Origin: a virus
DNA: 64,000 nucleotides
Virus record (IMG/VR): IMGVR_UViG_3300020048_003770
Location: 32,001-96,000 of that record
Strand: one strand, 5' to 3'
The position numbers were made by a program, and so were the translations under genes. Position 1 is the stretch's first letter, and the number at the start of each line of letters is the position of its first letter. Positions 1-10,715 of this stretch are shown here, in pieces. Below the pieces are notes generated by a model. That model saw only the letters and a program-made list of their open reading frames with translations. It did not search any database and had not been told where the DNA came from.

Positions 1-42
1 ATTATTGTTACAACTCCAAAAAGTGAAACAGAAAATTCTAGA

Positions 43-390
43 TTGGAAGCCGAGAAATGTATTGAGAATGGCGGCGGTTATTATTTCAGGACGATAGCAA
101 AACAGCCAAAAGATATTGAGCCATTTAAAAGTTTTATCTATTATGTTGAGGATGGATATGTTAGGGGAAGGGCGATTATAATGGGCGTTACTGGCGGAAT
201 TGAGGATTGCAGCGTAACAAATCGTGAATGGGGGGATAATAAATCAAAAAACATATGGATGCAGGCGAACACATGGGAGTGGATCAATCCTATTCCAATG
301 AAAGGTTTTCAAGGATGGAGATATTTTGACGATAAAGATGTTAAAGTTGTTGGCGGATGGAAAGATGAAAAGCCGTTGACAAACAATTGA
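43..390 (+). CDS. hypothetical protein (start uncertain, may extend beyond the window edge)
   Basis: ORF track; no recognisable motif. Confidence 0.5.
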   Translation: MEAEKCIENGGGYYFRTIAKQPKDIEPFKSFIYYVEDGYVRGRAIIMGVTGGIEDCSVTNREWGDNKSKNIWMQANTWEWINPIPMKGFQGWRYFDDKDVKVVGGWKDEKPLTNN

Positions 391-504
391 TTTTAAATTG
401 AAAGAAGGAATTATCATGGAATTGACGGAGAAGAAATATAAATAGAAAAGAAGGATAAAAATAGAACTTCCTAGAAATATATTGATAATGGAGGAAGTTC
501 TATT

Positions 505-1218
505 ATGATGAATGGACATGCTAAAAAAGATAATAATTATGCTTTACATTGGGCTAAAAAAATAAAATGTGTGCGACTTCTTGGAGGTCGATGTGAAAAA
601 TGTGGTGATTCCAATATTATACATTTAGAATTTCATCACGAAGACGGAAGTAAAAAAGAAGATAGCGTTAGCCGTTTGATAGACACTAAAAAATGGGATT
701 CTGTTGAATTAGAACTAAAAAAATGTAAATTGCTATGCTCTAATTGTCATATGGATTATCATTGTGGAAGTGGTAGAAAAACAACAATTAAGACTCGTTT
801 TCTCGATAACATCAATAAAACAAAATGTAATGTTTGTGGATATAGTAAAAATGTCGGCGTTTTATCTTTTCACCATGTTAACCCTATAGATAAGAAATAT
901 GGTATCGCAAAAATAATGGAAAGAAAAAAGAATGAAACTTCACTTAAGGAGTTGTCGGACGAAATCGATAAATGCGAACTCCTTTGTAGGAATTGCCATC
1001 GAGATAAGCATTTCGACATAAATAGATTTAAGCGTCTGGAGGCATATATATATCACAAGGTAGAAACTCATAAACAACACAAGGTTGTGGATGAAAACAA
1101 AGTAATAGAAATGGTTAGACTGGGCAAAAGACATTGCGAAATAGCAAAAGAAATTGACTGTTGCCAAACAACCGTCCGAGGCATTATTAACAGAATGAAA
1201 AGGAAACATAGATTATGA
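505..1218 (+). CDS. HNH endonuclease with two HNH/zinc-finger repeats and a C-terminal HTH
   Basis: CEKCG..LEFHH..K..C.LLCSNCH and CNVCG..LSFHH..CELLCRNCH; C-terminal EIAKEIDCCQTTVRGII HTH. Confidence 0.85.
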   Translation: MMNGHAKKDNNYALHWAKKIKCVRLLGGRCEKCGDSNIIHLEFHHEDGSKKEDSVSRLIDTKKWDSVELELKKCKLLCSNCHMDYHCGSGRKTTIKTRFLDNINKTKCNVCGYSKNVGVLSFHHVNPIDKKYGIAKIMERKKNETSLKELSDEIDKCELLCRNCHRDKHFDINRFKRLEAYIYHKVETHKQHKVVDENKVIEMVRLGKRHCEIAKEIDCCQTTVRGIINRMKRKHRL

Positions 1219-3530
1219 ACGAAATCCCCGTTATAATAGAATCGGTTAGGATGTTTGCTAATGGATGGTCATTAATGTCTTGTAACTTGAACCCATATTC
1301 AGAGTTATATTCAGACGCATTGGAAGAAATGGTTCAGCCATATATTGACAAGAAATATCATACCTTTACAGTTACCGGCACTATACCTGAAGATATGGGC
1401 AATATGCAAGGCGGTCAATTCGTCTTTATTGGCGATTTTTGCACACATCCTAAATACGGCAATCAATTTAAAGCGGACTTTTTCTATCAAGATGTTCCAG
1501 CTACCGAAGATGGATTAATTTGTTTTCTTATGTCTTTGCCCAACATTAAGGAATCTCGTTCTAAGGCAATTGTAAGTAAATTTGGGGTTCAAGGTACATT
1601 TGACATTCTAAATAACGACATTTATAGGTTGACAGAAATAAATGGCATTACTGTGCATAGAATTCCTGCGATAGAAAAAGCATGGCAAGAGAAAAAGTGT
1701 CTTAGAGAATTATATGAGTTTTTAGTTGAACATGGCATTTCTCACAAATTTGCAGAAGCTATTTATAAGAAATGGGGTCCATTGGCGAAACAAGTAATAA
1801 TCGAGAATCCTTATCGTTTCGTTGAATTGAGGGGAGTCGGGTTTGTAACGGCTGATAAATTGGCTCATCAGATAATGGATGTTGTATCTAATGAGTTTAG
1901 AACTATTGCTTGTTTAAAGTATATACTGGAAGATTTTGTAAACCAAAACAGCAATCTTTGCATTCCATATGAGCAATTAAAATCTAAGCTGAAAGAGATA
2001 ATTAGTGAATGTGATATTGCATTGGGTAATCAGCCGAATAATATGTGCGTTGATTTGATTCCGCATTGTATAAAAACAAATCTTGATGTTTTCATGGCCG
2101 TTAAAGATCTTGAAACAAAAATAACTTATGTTTATCTTAAGGATATTTGGGATAAGGAAGTGTTTATTTCTAGGGAATTGTATAAAAGAAGTAAATCAGA
2201 CCATAATAAGGGAGAATGTAGCGAAAATGACATAGAAAAAGCTGAAAAAGGATTGTCTCTTTTTTATGATAGAGAAATAAAATTAGACGAAACTCAAATA
2301 CAAGGGATAAGGACGGCGTTTGACCATAAGGTTTCTGTTATTACAGGTGGGGGTGGAACTGGGAAAAGTACTATTTGTCGTTGTATCTTTGAATTGGCGC
2401 AAGAAAAGGAGCTGTCAATAAGAATGATGTCTCCAACTGGTAAGGCTGCACAAGTATTGGAAGCTAAGACTGGTTGTGGGGCTTCTACAATTCATCGTGG
2501 TTTAAAAATGGTTCCTGGCGAAGACCTTCCTAGAGAAGATATTGTAGAAGATATATTGTTGATTGATGAAGCCAGTATGTGTGGTGTTGATACTATGTAC
2601 GCCATGCTAAAAGCAATGGAATCGAATATATGGGGAAATATTGTATTTGTTGGTGATAAAAATCAGCTTCCGTCTGTTGCTCCAGGTAACTTTTTGTCTG
2701 ATATTATAGAATCAGGATGTGCTAATGTGGTTACTTTGGATAAAATTCATCGACAAAGTGAAGACAGTTATATAAGTTTATTGGCGAATGATATAGCTAA
2801 GGGGAAGGTCGTTGGAATCCCTGTTAATGCTACAGATATAAAATGGCATAATATTGATGTTGATAATTTTGACGCTGATATTTTAAGATTTGTTGATAAT
2901 TATCTTAAAAAAGGTAATTCTATTGAAGATTTGCAGATAATGAGTCCGATGAAGAAAGGTTTGTGTGGAGTTTACAAGATTAACGAGATAGTTCAGAAAA
3001 GAATGGCTATTGTAAATGGAACAAATGACCATGGAATGAAATATAAATTTACTGAATTTTTTGTTGGTGACAGGGTTATACAGGTTGAAAATGATTATGA
3101 TAAGATGGTTTTCAATGGCGATATGGGAGTAATTACGGATTTGGGCGAAAAGGTGGTTGATTCGAAGAAAAGTGACAAAAAGGAGAAGTTCATAACGGTT
3201 TCTTTTTATGGCGACGAGATTTCTTTCTATGGAGATGAGATTGAACAAATTCATTTAGCTTGGGCGATAACCGTACATAAGTTCCAAGGCTCACAATGCC
3301 CTAATATATTGTTGGTTTTAGCGAGTGAGGCTAGTATGATGATGTCTAAAGAATTAGTTTATACGGCGTTCACAAGGGCTGAGAAGCAATTGGACATTTT
3401 TGGTAATAATTCTGTATTTAGAAATGCTCCGACTAAGAGCGCGATTAGAAAGCGATATACCAATTTTACTAGGATTGTTGACAGTTTTAAGCAGAATAAG
3501 AAAATTTTGTCATTGTTGGGTCAAAAATGA
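1215..3530 (+). CDS. recD2: RecD2-like SF1B DNA helicase
   Basis: HPKYGNQF N-terminal motif, HhH repeats, Walker A GGGGTGKS, IDEASM, VGDKNQLPSV, IHRQ, FNGDMG, AITVHKFQGS, YTAFTRA. Confidence 0.95.
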   Translation: MNEIPVIIESVRMFANGWSLMSCNLNPYSELYSDALEEMVQPYIDKKYHTFTVTGTIPEDMGNMQGGQFVFIGDFCTHPKYGNQFKADFFYQDVPATEDGLICFLMSLPNIKESRSKAIVSKFGVQGTFDILNNDIYRLTEINGITVHRIPAIEKAWQEKKCLRELYEFLVEHGISHKFAEAIYKKWGPLAKQVIIENPYRFVELRGVGFVTADKLAHQIMDVVSNEFRTIACLKYILEDFVNQNSNLCIPYEQLKSKLKEIISECDIALGNQPNNMCVDLIPHCIKTNLDVFMAVKDLETKITYVYLKDIWDKEVFISRELYKRSKSDHNKGECSENDIEKAEKGLSLFYDREIKLDETQIQGIRTAFDHKVSVITGGGGTGKSTICRCIFELAQEKELSIRMMSPTGKAAQVLEAKTGCGASTIHRGLKMVPGEDLPREDIVEDILLIDEASMCGVDTMYAMLKAMESNIWGNIVFVGDKNQLPSVAPGNFLSDIIESGCANVVTLDKIHRQSEDSYISLLANDIAKGKVVGIPVNATDIKWHNIDVDNFDADILRFVDNYLKKGNSIEDLQIMSPMKKGLCGVYKINEIVQKRMAIVNGTNDHGMKYKFTEFFVGDRVIQVENDYDKMVFNGDMGVITDLGEKVVDSKKSDKKEKFITVSFYGDEISFYGDEIEQIHLAWAITVHKFQGSQCPNILLVLASEASMMMSKELVYTAFTRAEKQLDIFGNNSVFRNAPTKSAIRKRYTNFTRIVDSFKQNKKILSLLGQK

Positions 3531-3799
3531 TATCTTGGAAAGAATTGGCAATAGAATACAGGAAGGAAATTGAATCATTATTGGATTATATTGAGGATGC
3601 TTGTATTGAATTTGAAAAGAAAGTTCCCAATTCTTATGCTCAAGGCTTGAAAATATTAGAAGAATGTCTTGATTTATCGACAGAAAACGTTAGAATATTG
3701 TCATGTTCGGAACCGATGGATTTATTTGAGGAAAAGATAGATATTCAAAAGTTTAAAATAGAGAGTAAAATAGAAGATGATGATTGGTTGTTTAATTAG
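3527..3799 (+). CDS. hypothetical protein
   Basis: ORF overlapping the recD2 stop (ATGA coupling). Confidence 0.55.
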   Translation: MISWKELAIEYRKEIESLLDYIEDACIEFEKKVPNSYAQGLKILEECLDLSTENVRILSCSEPMDLFEEKIDIQKFKIESKIEDDDWLFN

Positions 3800-3829
3800 G
3801 GGAAATGATTAAAAGAAAGTGAGGTTGTT

Positions 3830-4408
3830 ATCAAATACTGTTCAATTGATTTGGAGACATGTGGACTTGACCCTGAAACTTGTGATATTTTGGAATTTGG
3901 AGCAGTTTTAGATGATTTAAAGAACCAAAGACCGATAAAGATGCTTCCAACATTTCATTGTTATTTTTCTCAGCCAACATATAAGGGCGAACCATATGCG
4001 TTGTCTATGCATGGTAAGATATTTGAGAGGATAGCAAATAAAGAGAAAGGTTATGATTATTATGCCCCTACTAAATTCGGTATGGCGTTCAAACGGTTTC
4101 TTATGCAGAACGGATATGAGTGTGAGCGTGATTTAATAACGATAAATGTTGCAGGTAAGAATTTTGGAGCTTTTGATTTGCAATTTCTCAATCAGCAAAC
4201 AGATTTGAAAAAGCACGTAAAAATCAGTCATAAATTTTTAGATCCTGCTATTCTTTTTGTTGATAGAGATGACAATCGTTTGCCGGGTTTGTCTGATTGC
4301 AAAAAAAGAGCAGGAATGTCAGAACATGTAGCTCATACTGCTGTTGCTGATGCGATGGATGTTGTTCAATTGATACGTGAGGGATTGGTTGGTAAGTTTC
4401 CGTCTTAG
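3830..4408 (+). CDS. DEDDh 3'-5' exonuclease (DnaQ/oligoribonuclease-like), probable non-AUG start
   Basis: SIDLETCGLD (ExoI), GKNFGAFDLQFL (ExoII), HTAVADA (ExoIII); first catalytic Asp lies upstream of the ORF-track TTG at 3851. Confidence 0.85.
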   Translation: MKYCSIDLETCGLDPETCDILEFGAVLDDLKNQRPIKMLPTFHCYFSQPTYKGEPYALSMHGKIFERIANKEKGYDYYAPTKFGMAFKRFLMQNGYECERDLITINVAGKNFGAFDLQFLNQQTDLKKHVKISHKFLDPAILFVDRDDNRLPGLSDCKKRAGMSEHVAHTAVADAMDVVQLIREGLVGKFPS

Positions 4409-4416
4409 GAGATGTT

Positions 4417-4599
4417 ATGATGGTATTTGCAATTTTATATTTTTTAACTTGTTTGTTTTGGATGCTTTATACCTTGAGATGGCAATTGGAAATATATCCG
4501 CATTCTAGTTTAGCCAGATTAATCATTTGTGGGATTCTTAATTTTCTGTTTTGTCCTATGGCGATTGTAATGGCTCATTGCAATTTTGATCGAATCTAA
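4417..4599 (+). CDS. small membrane protein
   Basis: two hydrophobic segments; AGGAG RBS. Confidence 0.55.
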   Translation: MMVFAILYFLTCLFWMLYTLRWQLEIYPHSSLARLIICGILNFLFCPMAIVMAHCNFDRI

Positions 4600-4655
4600 T
4601 ACTTTATGGCATTCTGCAAAGGATTAATCTATTTAAATTGGCAAATATATAGATT

Positions 4656-4898
4656 ATGCCATTATATAATTCATCAGATTCATTTACCAAACAGTCTCCA
4701 CCTCCTGTAGATACTAGAGATGAGATTCCAAAAGAATTAAATATCTTTTATCGGAATGAAACTGCATTTTTGCCAGAAGGGAAGAAGGTTGAAGATTTGA
4801 CACCTGAAGAATTGCAAAAGGTGAAATCTCAATATCGATTTGATTATTTCGTTCCGGGGCTTTATCAAACGCTAACTGGAATAGGCAAAATGATTTGA
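4656..4898 (+). CDS. hypothetical protein
   Basis: ORF directly downstream of an AAAGGA-type promoter motif. Confidence 0.55.
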   Translation: MPLYNSSDSFTKQSPPPVDTRDEIPKELNIFYRNETAFLPEGKKVEDLTPEELQKVKSQYRFDYFVPGLYQTLTGIGKMI

Positions 4899-4987
4899 AA
4901 AACTTTTGTATAATAATCACATGATTTTTGATGACTGAAAAAACCTAATAACTCGAAAAATGTAGTTTTAGGAAAAAGGAGAATGAT

Positions 4988-6571
4988 ATGGACGAAACTA
5001 GAGGCGTAATATTGTTTAATAGAGGCGATAAGATGATTGTACGCGCTATTGTCACTCTTTATACTCTCAGGCAATATTGGGATGGTCCAGTGACGATGTA
5101 TTTGGAAGATCCTTATCCGCATGAATTTGACGAAGTATGCAAACATTTTAATGTAGATATTGTTTATAACGTTGAGAAGCATGAAATAAAAACATTGGCT
5201 CGAAAAACCGAAATGTTTTCAAATCCGCCTTATGATAGGACTTTATGGTTAGATATAGATACTGTTATCGTTGGTAAAATAGATGAAATGTTTGACTATT
5301 TAGATGAAAGCGATGTATCTATCCCTCATTTTTGTGGATGGGTTTCTAATGGTGGAACTATCTCAAAACGGATTAAAAGGTTCCATGGTATTGCAGATGA
5401 TAAGTATATGTCAAAAGCGTTAGAATGTCATCCTGCAATAAATACTGGTGTTTTATCTTTTAAAAAATCTGAAGCGTGGACGAAGTTTGTTGAATATTGG
5501 GTTGATTTGACGAATGAAGGCTTCAAAAATGGTGTTTTCATAAGTGATGAAGTGGCTTTTCAAATACTTTATCCGTCTATTTCAGATTGGGGGTTGAAAT
5601 GTCATATATCTCCGTCAAAATTCAACATTAGTGTAAAACATGACAATCATACAGAAGATAAAAGGTGCGTACATTTTCACGGCCAAAAACATTGTATGGA
5701 TTTTGGTCTTTGCTATATGTGGAAAGAAGTTTTTGAACATATGCGTAAAGAGAATATCGCTAACATAAATGCATTTTTAAAGTATGCTGATAAAAGATTG
5801 GTTTCTTATTTGCAAGGCGGTCAAGATGTAACTATTGTGACGGCTTGTGATGAAAAATATGTAGAAATATTAAGAGAGACATTCCCTAATTGGCGTAAAT
5901 ATAAGAATATTGATGATTATCCAGTGATTGTATTTGTACACGGAATAGAATTATTGGATTCAAGACTTGATTTTCTTCGTTTAAAAAATGTAAAGATTGT
6001 GCCATGGAAAATGGAAAATGCTGAAAGTCATAGGGCGGAGATGCTTAGTGCGTTTGTATTTGGGGCGGCAGAGCATGTTAAAACAGATTATTGGTTGAAA
6101 TTAGATGCAGATAGCTATGCAACTGATTCAAGACCATTTATAGATAACGAGATGAAGCAATATGCATTTTGTGGTCATAAATGGAGTTATAGCCGTCCTG
6201 AGCATATAAATAAGTTAGATGAATGGGCTAAAGGTCATTGGAAGAGGAAGCTTAGGAATGCTGAGCCTATGATAAAAGAGGGAAAAATTGAAGGGAATCG
6301 ATTTTATCATAATACAAGAAGGACGATTTCTTTTATCCAGTTGCACAAGACAAGATTTACTCAGTTTTGTATTAAATTATTGCGAGAGAGAAAATTACCT
6401 GCGCCTACCCAAGATACTTTTATGTTTTATGTTGCTAATAGATTTGATCCTCAAACTGTTGGAACTAGGAACTTCAAGAGAGATTATGGATTTACACAAG
6501 GGAATGGAAGAAGAGGATTTGAATCAATTAAAGAGGCGATTAAGTTAATAAACGAGACGAATGTTAATTAG
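4988..6571 (+). CDS. two-domain GT-A glycosyltransferase (GT8-like N-terminal domain)
   Basis: LWLDIDT, INTGVLSF, SDE, HFHG in domain 1; second DxD (KLDADSY) in domain 2. Confidence 0.75.
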   Translation: MDETRGVILFNRGDKMIVRAIVTLYTLRQYWDGPVTMYLEDPYPHEFDEVCKHFNVDIVYNVEKHEIKTLARKTEMFSNPPYDRTLWLDIDTVIVGKIDEMFDYLDESDVSIPHFCGWVSNGGTISKRIKRFHGIADDKYMSKALECHPAINTGVLSFKKSEAWTKFVEYWVDLTNEGFKNGVFISDEVAFQILYPSISDWGLKCHISPSKFNISVKHDNHTEDKRCVHFHGQKHCMDFGLCYMWKEVFEHMRKENIANINAFLKYADKRLVSYLQGGQDVTIVTACDEKYVEILRETFPNWRKYKNIDDYPVIVFVHGIELLDSRLDFLRLKNVKIVPWKMENAESHRAEMLSAFVFGAAEHVKTDYWLKLDADSYATDSRPFIDNEMKQYAFCGHKWSYSRPEHINKLDEWAKGHWKRKLRNAEPMIKEGKIEGNRFYHNTRRTISFIQLHKTRFTQFCIKLLRERKLPAPTQDTFMFYVANRFDPQTVGTRNFKRDYGFTQGNGRRGFESIKEAIKLINETNVN

Positions 6572-6593
6572 TCTATAAGTGGGAATTTTAAAT

Positions 6594-7220
6594 ATGGGAA
6601 TTTTAAATAGTTTGGGATTGAAGTACGGTACGGATAAATCCAGTTCTCGTCATGGTTATCTAGATATATATGAAAAGCATTTTTGTGAAATTAAAGATAG
6701 ACCGATTAAAATGTTGGAAATTGGAATATTCAATGGGGCTTCTTTAAAAATGTGGGAAGAGTATTTTTCTAACGCTCAAATATATGCCATTGATATAGAT
6801 CCGAAAAGAATGCAAAATTATGGCAGGGTAAGTTCTTTTATAGCGAATCAAGAGGACAGGCAAAGTTTATTGAATGTTATAAACAAAATTGGCGATTGTG
6901 ATATAATTATAGATGATGGTGGGCACACAATGCTTCAGCAGCAACTTACGTTAGGGTGTTTATTTCCATTTGTTAAAAGTGGAGGGATTTATTGCATAGA
7001 AGATTTGCATACTTCGTATTGGAAAAAGCGTCATGGTAACTTTAATCAAACTCAAACAAAAAATACGACATTAACAATAATAGAAAGTATTTCTAAAAAA
7101 GAAGATTTTGTTAGTGATTTTATGTCGGATGATGAAATTCAATATGTAAAAAACAATTGTGAATATTGTGTTGTTGGAAAAGGATTTAAATCAGAAATTG
7201 CTTTTATAAAAAAGAAATAA
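6594..7220 (+). CDS. class I SAM-dependent (sugar O-) methyltransferase
   Basis: YGTDK..HGY, MLEIGI, AIDID, IIDDGGH, GGIYCIEDLHTSY. Confidence 0.85.
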   Translation: MGILNSLGLKYGTDKSSSRHGYLDIYEKHFCEIKDRPIKMLEIGIFNGASLKMWEEYFSNAQIYAIDIDPKRMQNYGRVSSFIANQEDRQSLLNVINKIGDCDIIIDDGGHTMLQQQLTLGCLFPFVKSGGIYCIEDLHTSYWKKRHGNFNQTQTKNTTLTIIESISKKEDFVSDFMSDDEIQYVKNNCEYCVVGKGFKSEIAFIKKK

Positions 7221-7252
7221 ATTGAATTATTGTTTCATACAGGGGCGTTAAA

Positions 7253-7819
7253 ATGCAGATTGGAACACGTAATGATTTTGGAGAATTGTTAAAAATAAAA
7301 CAATTAAATGGATTTGGGGCTGAGATAGGAGTCGCGAATGGTTCGTATTCAGAGTTATTAATTAACAATACTCCAATTGGTAAGTTGTATTTGATTGATC
7401 CTTGGAAAGACTACCAAGACCCTACCGCAGATCGTGGCGATTGTTACGGTACACAATTGGAACAGGATAGGCGTTATGAATTTGTAGTTAATAAATTCAA
7501 GGTTTATGGCAATAGAGTTTCCGTTTTGAGAAAAGAGTCGTTAGAAGCCGCAAACGATTTTGAAGATGGACATTTTGATTTTATATATATTGATGCCAAC
7601 CACTCTTATGATTTTGTTAAAGCAGATATAAACGCTTGGTATTCTAAGTTAAATGTTAATGGGATTTTAGCTGGGCATGATTATTTGGTCGGAATACATG
7701 GAAGAGATGGCGTTAAAAAAGCAGTAGATGAATTTTGCTTTAAAAATAAACATAAGTTATACATAACTGGGGGGACTAAGAGATGTCCTCCGTCTTGGTA
7801 TTTTATAAAGGAGAGTTAA
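7253..7819 (+). CDS. SAM-dependent methyltransferase (Methyltransf_24-like)
   Basis: AEIGV, LIDPW, DFIYIDANHSY, GILAGHDY. Confidence 0.85.
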   Translation: MQIGTRNDFGELLKIKQLNGFGAEIGVANGSYSELLINNTPIGKLYLIDPWKDYQDPTADRGDCYGTQLEQDRRYEFVVNKFKVYGNRVSVLRKESLEAANDFEDGHFDFIYIDANHSYDFVKADINAWYSKLNVNGILAGHDYLVGIHGRDGVKKAVDEFCFKNKHKLYITGGTKRCPPSWYFIKES

Positions 7820-8568
7820 TGAAAAGAGGGTTTGTAAGAGGGTTGTGGGGGTCTTTTGATGTAACTAATCGTTTGACGGCAAGGAGATTTAATGTTGCAA
7901 ATGATATTTTAAATATAAAGAACAATAAATTTAATGAAAGGTTTGTAACTTATGTTATGGGGGTTGATAATTTTAAGATATTGAATGATCTTGGCATTGA
8001 AGATGTAGTTCTGATTGACAAAGAACCATTTAGATTTGATTTGACGGCTCATCAATATAGAAATAAGATAGAAGTTATTGCTCACGCTTTTTTAAATGAT
8101 GGATATGATGAATTGGTATATCTTGATTGGGATTGTGTTCCTCAAAAAAAACTACCCAATGATTTTTGGACAGAACTTGGCAAACGAGAGATGTTTCAGG
8201 CAAATTTACAAGCTTATAAGAAGAACAAGATAACATGGCGACAAACTGACAATCAAATAATCCCGAATGGCGGGTTCCTTTATCTACGCAATAAATCGAT
8301 ATGCGAATTGGCAATTGAAAAGTGGGAACCTATTGGGAAACCGGTGAATGATGAAGTTGTATGGGCGTCTATTACAGACGATATGGTTGGCGGATGGAAG
8401 GGCAGAGAAACATATAAGAATATTTTTGAATCTATGTACTCTAACTTGCATAAAAGTTCGCCTTTCCAAAAAGACTGGTTAAATTCAAAAGATGTTTGTT
8501 TTGTCCATTATCAAGGTGGTGGAACTAAAATCCCTGCTGATTTTGTAAATGCTAAAAATAACGGTTAA
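7819..8568 (+). CDS. putative nucleotide-sugar transferase (GT-A fold)
   Basis: VYLDWDC DxD motif, PNGGFLY, NDE, late HY; cluster context. Confidence 0.6.
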   Translation: MKRGFVRGLWGSFDVTNRLTARRFNVANDILNIKNNKFNERFVTYVMGVDNFKILNDLGIEDVVLIDKEPFRFDLTAHQYRNKIEVIAHAFLNDGYDELVYLDWDCVPQKKLPNDFWTELGKREMFQANLQAYKKNKITWRQTDNQIIPNGGFLYLRNKSICELAIEKWEPIGKPVNDEVVWASITDDMVGGWKGRETYKNIFESMYSNLHKSSPFQKDWLNSKDVCFVHYQGGGTKIPADFVNAKNNG

Positions 8569-8578
8569 TGGAGTTGAA

Positions 8579-9118
8579 ATGATAAATAATAGAAATGAGT
8601 TTGGTATCTTTGTTAAAGATAATTTATTAAATAATAACATTGTTGAGGTGGGCGTTAATAATGGGAATTTTTCTAAAGTTTTGATTGATAGTTCAAATGC
8701 ACAAAATATTTATCTTGTTGATCCATGGAAAGAGGATTCCCCTGATTCAATTGATATCGATAAATATGGAACCAAAGATGATCAGGACGGGAGATATAAT
8801 ATGGTTTTAGAACGGTTTAAAAACAATTTAAATGTGAAATTGGTAAGAAAGGAATCCTTAGAAGCTGCCAAGGCGTTTGAAGACGGATATTTTGCCTTCA
8901 TATATATTGATGCATTACACGAATATAAACATGTTAAAGATGATTTAAATGCATGGTATCCTAAATTAAAGGAAGGTGGTTTATTTGCCGGTCACGACTA
9001 TAAAAGGTCAAGATCAAAACGAGGACTATGTGTTGCAGTTGATGAATTTGCTGAATTAAACAATAAGATTATTATGACTACATGCGAAAGATGTCCGTCA
9101 TGGTATTTTTTTAAATAG
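8579..9118 (+). CDS. SAM-dependent methyltransferase (Methyltransf_24-like), paralog of 7253..7819
   Basis: VEVGV, LVDPW, FIYIDALHEY, GLFAGHDY. Confidence 0.85.
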   Translation: MINNRNEFGIFVKDNLLNNNIVEVGVNNGNFSKVLIDSSNAQNIYLVDPWKEDSPDSIDIDKYGTKDDQDGRYNMVLERFKNNLNVKLVRKESLEAAKAFEDGYFAFIYIDALHEYKHVKDDLNAWYPKLKEGGLFAGHDYKRSRSKRGLCVAVDEFAELNNKIIMTTCERCPSWYFFK

Positions 9119-9140
9119 ACTATCGTTCATTTGTATTGTT

Positions 9141-10013
9141 ATGATTAAGATAAAATATCACGGAAGATTAGGAAACCATTTGTTGCAATTCTGTTTTGCA
9201 AAAATATTGAGTTTGGAATTAAATCAATATCTTCCTTCTTATAAGATTGATTTCTTCCCATATACTGATAATGAATTCAATCTAGAATATAAACGACAAT
9301 GGGAGACGCCGTATCTGATTTTGAGAGGGCGAAACCTTTTTTCGATAGATAAAATAAAAAAACAAATGGAATCTATAGGGGCTGACAGTATATTATTGAG
9401 GGACTCTTGTGCTAATTATGGAAATTTTGTCAATTATAAAGACCAAATAAAAAACAGTTGGCTTAATATTAATCAGCCATATGATAAAAATAACCTCAGC
9501 AATAAACCGAAATTATTTATTAAAAAAAATGGCGTTATGGAGCCATGTGCGGTTAATGAAATTTGTGATGAAGATATAATAGTTAACGTTCGGCTTGGAG
9601 ACATTGAAAGTAAATATACAGACCGATTGCTTACTATAGATTATTTTAAAATTATTTTGGACAATATTAGGTATAATAAATTGTTCATTGCAGCGGAAGA
9701 TATGAATAGTAAATTGCTGTTGCCTTTTGAAAAATATAATCCGATTTATTTTATTCAAGACCATTATATGGATACTTTTAATTTTGCTCGTTTGTTTAAT
9801 CGTATTATCATTTCTCAAAGTAGTTATTGCTGGTGGATTGCATATTTATCTGATGCAAAAGAAATATATTATCCCGTTGTTCAAAATGGACCTTGGGTTG
9901 TTCCTTCTGTTGTCAATGAGGATTTAAGGGTTGATGAGGATAGATACATATATGTTAGTCAAAAAAACGAAAAAATATTAGGGCGATATTGTGAAATAAA
10001 AAAATGGGAATAA
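9141..10013 (+). CDS. GT11 (alpha-1,2-fucosyltransferase-like) glycosyltransferase
   Basis: GRLGNHLLQF, NVRLGD (HxRxxD-like), IISQSSYCWWIAYLS. Confidence 0.8.
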   Translation: MIKIKYHGRLGNHLLQFCFAKILSLELNQYLPSYKIDFFPYTDNEFNLEYKRQWETPYLILRGRNLFSIDKIKKQMESIGADSILLRDSCANYGNFVNYKDQIKNSWLNINQPYDKNNLSNKPKLFIKKNGVMEPCAVNEICDEDIIVNVRLGDIESKYTDRLLTIDYFKIILDNIRYNKLFIAAEDMNSKLLLPFEKYNPIYFIQDHYMDTFNFARLFNRIIISQSSYCWWIAYLSDAKEIYYPVVQNGPWVVPSVVNEDLRVDEDRYIYVSQKNEKILGRYCEIKKWE

Positions 10014-10045
10014 ATTTTGTATTGTAAAATTGAAGGAGTTTTAAC

Positions 10046-10714
10046 ATGGGCAATTTAAGAACTGTAGAAAAAAAAGATTCTAATTTTCGTAGAGTCAGAC
10101 GTTGTAAAGAAGGAAAGACTCCGAAACAAAATATATACGAGGCTATGGCGTTGCATTCAAAGAGTCGTTATCTTTTTGGATATCGTATAGAGCAAAATAT
10201 GCCTTCTATATGGGTTCTAGATCATTTGCTATCCTCTTATCGCCCAACTCTAATCGTAGAATTAGGAACTGGTATGGGAACATTATGTACTTATTTTTCT
10301 GTTTATGGAATGTTTTCTGATTTTAACGTTGAAGTCATATCTTTAGACTTAATTAAACCAGTCCTGCATGAAAAAATATGCGATATAAATAACAATAGGA
10401 CTTCTATATTAGATTGGGATATTTATGAGAAGGATACGATTGATTATCTTACTAAAAAAATAAATGAAGCAGAAAGACCATTTCTGCTTTCTGACGGTAA
10501 AGACCCAAAGAGTGATGAAGTTAATGTTTATTCTAAGAATTTAAGATCTGGCGTTCCGATTTTTGCCCATGATGCTATTTTAGATGGGAAACCAAAATTC
10601 AGGTGGGGATATACTGAAGATAAAATCGATTGGAATTACGTAAAGAGATACGAACCTTATTATTCTTGGTCTAAAGAAGGCGATACAAGAATGATGTGCA
10701 TGATGACGGTGTAA
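10046..10714 (+). CDS. putative methyltransferase (CmcI-like)
   Basis: RPTLIVELGTGMG motif I, SLD, HD. Confidence 0.65.
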   Translation: MGNLRTVEKKDSNFRRVRRCKEGKTPKQNIYEAMALHSKSRYLFGYRIEQNMPSIWVLDHLLSSYRPTLIVELGTGMGTLCTYFSVYGMFSDFNVEVISLDLIKPVLHEKICDINNNRTSILDWDIYEKDTIDYLTKKINEAERPFLLSDGKDPKSDEVNVYSKNLRSGVPIFAHDAILDGKPKFRWGYTEDKIDWNYVKRYEPYYSWSKEGDTRMMCMMTV

Positions 10715-10715
10715 T

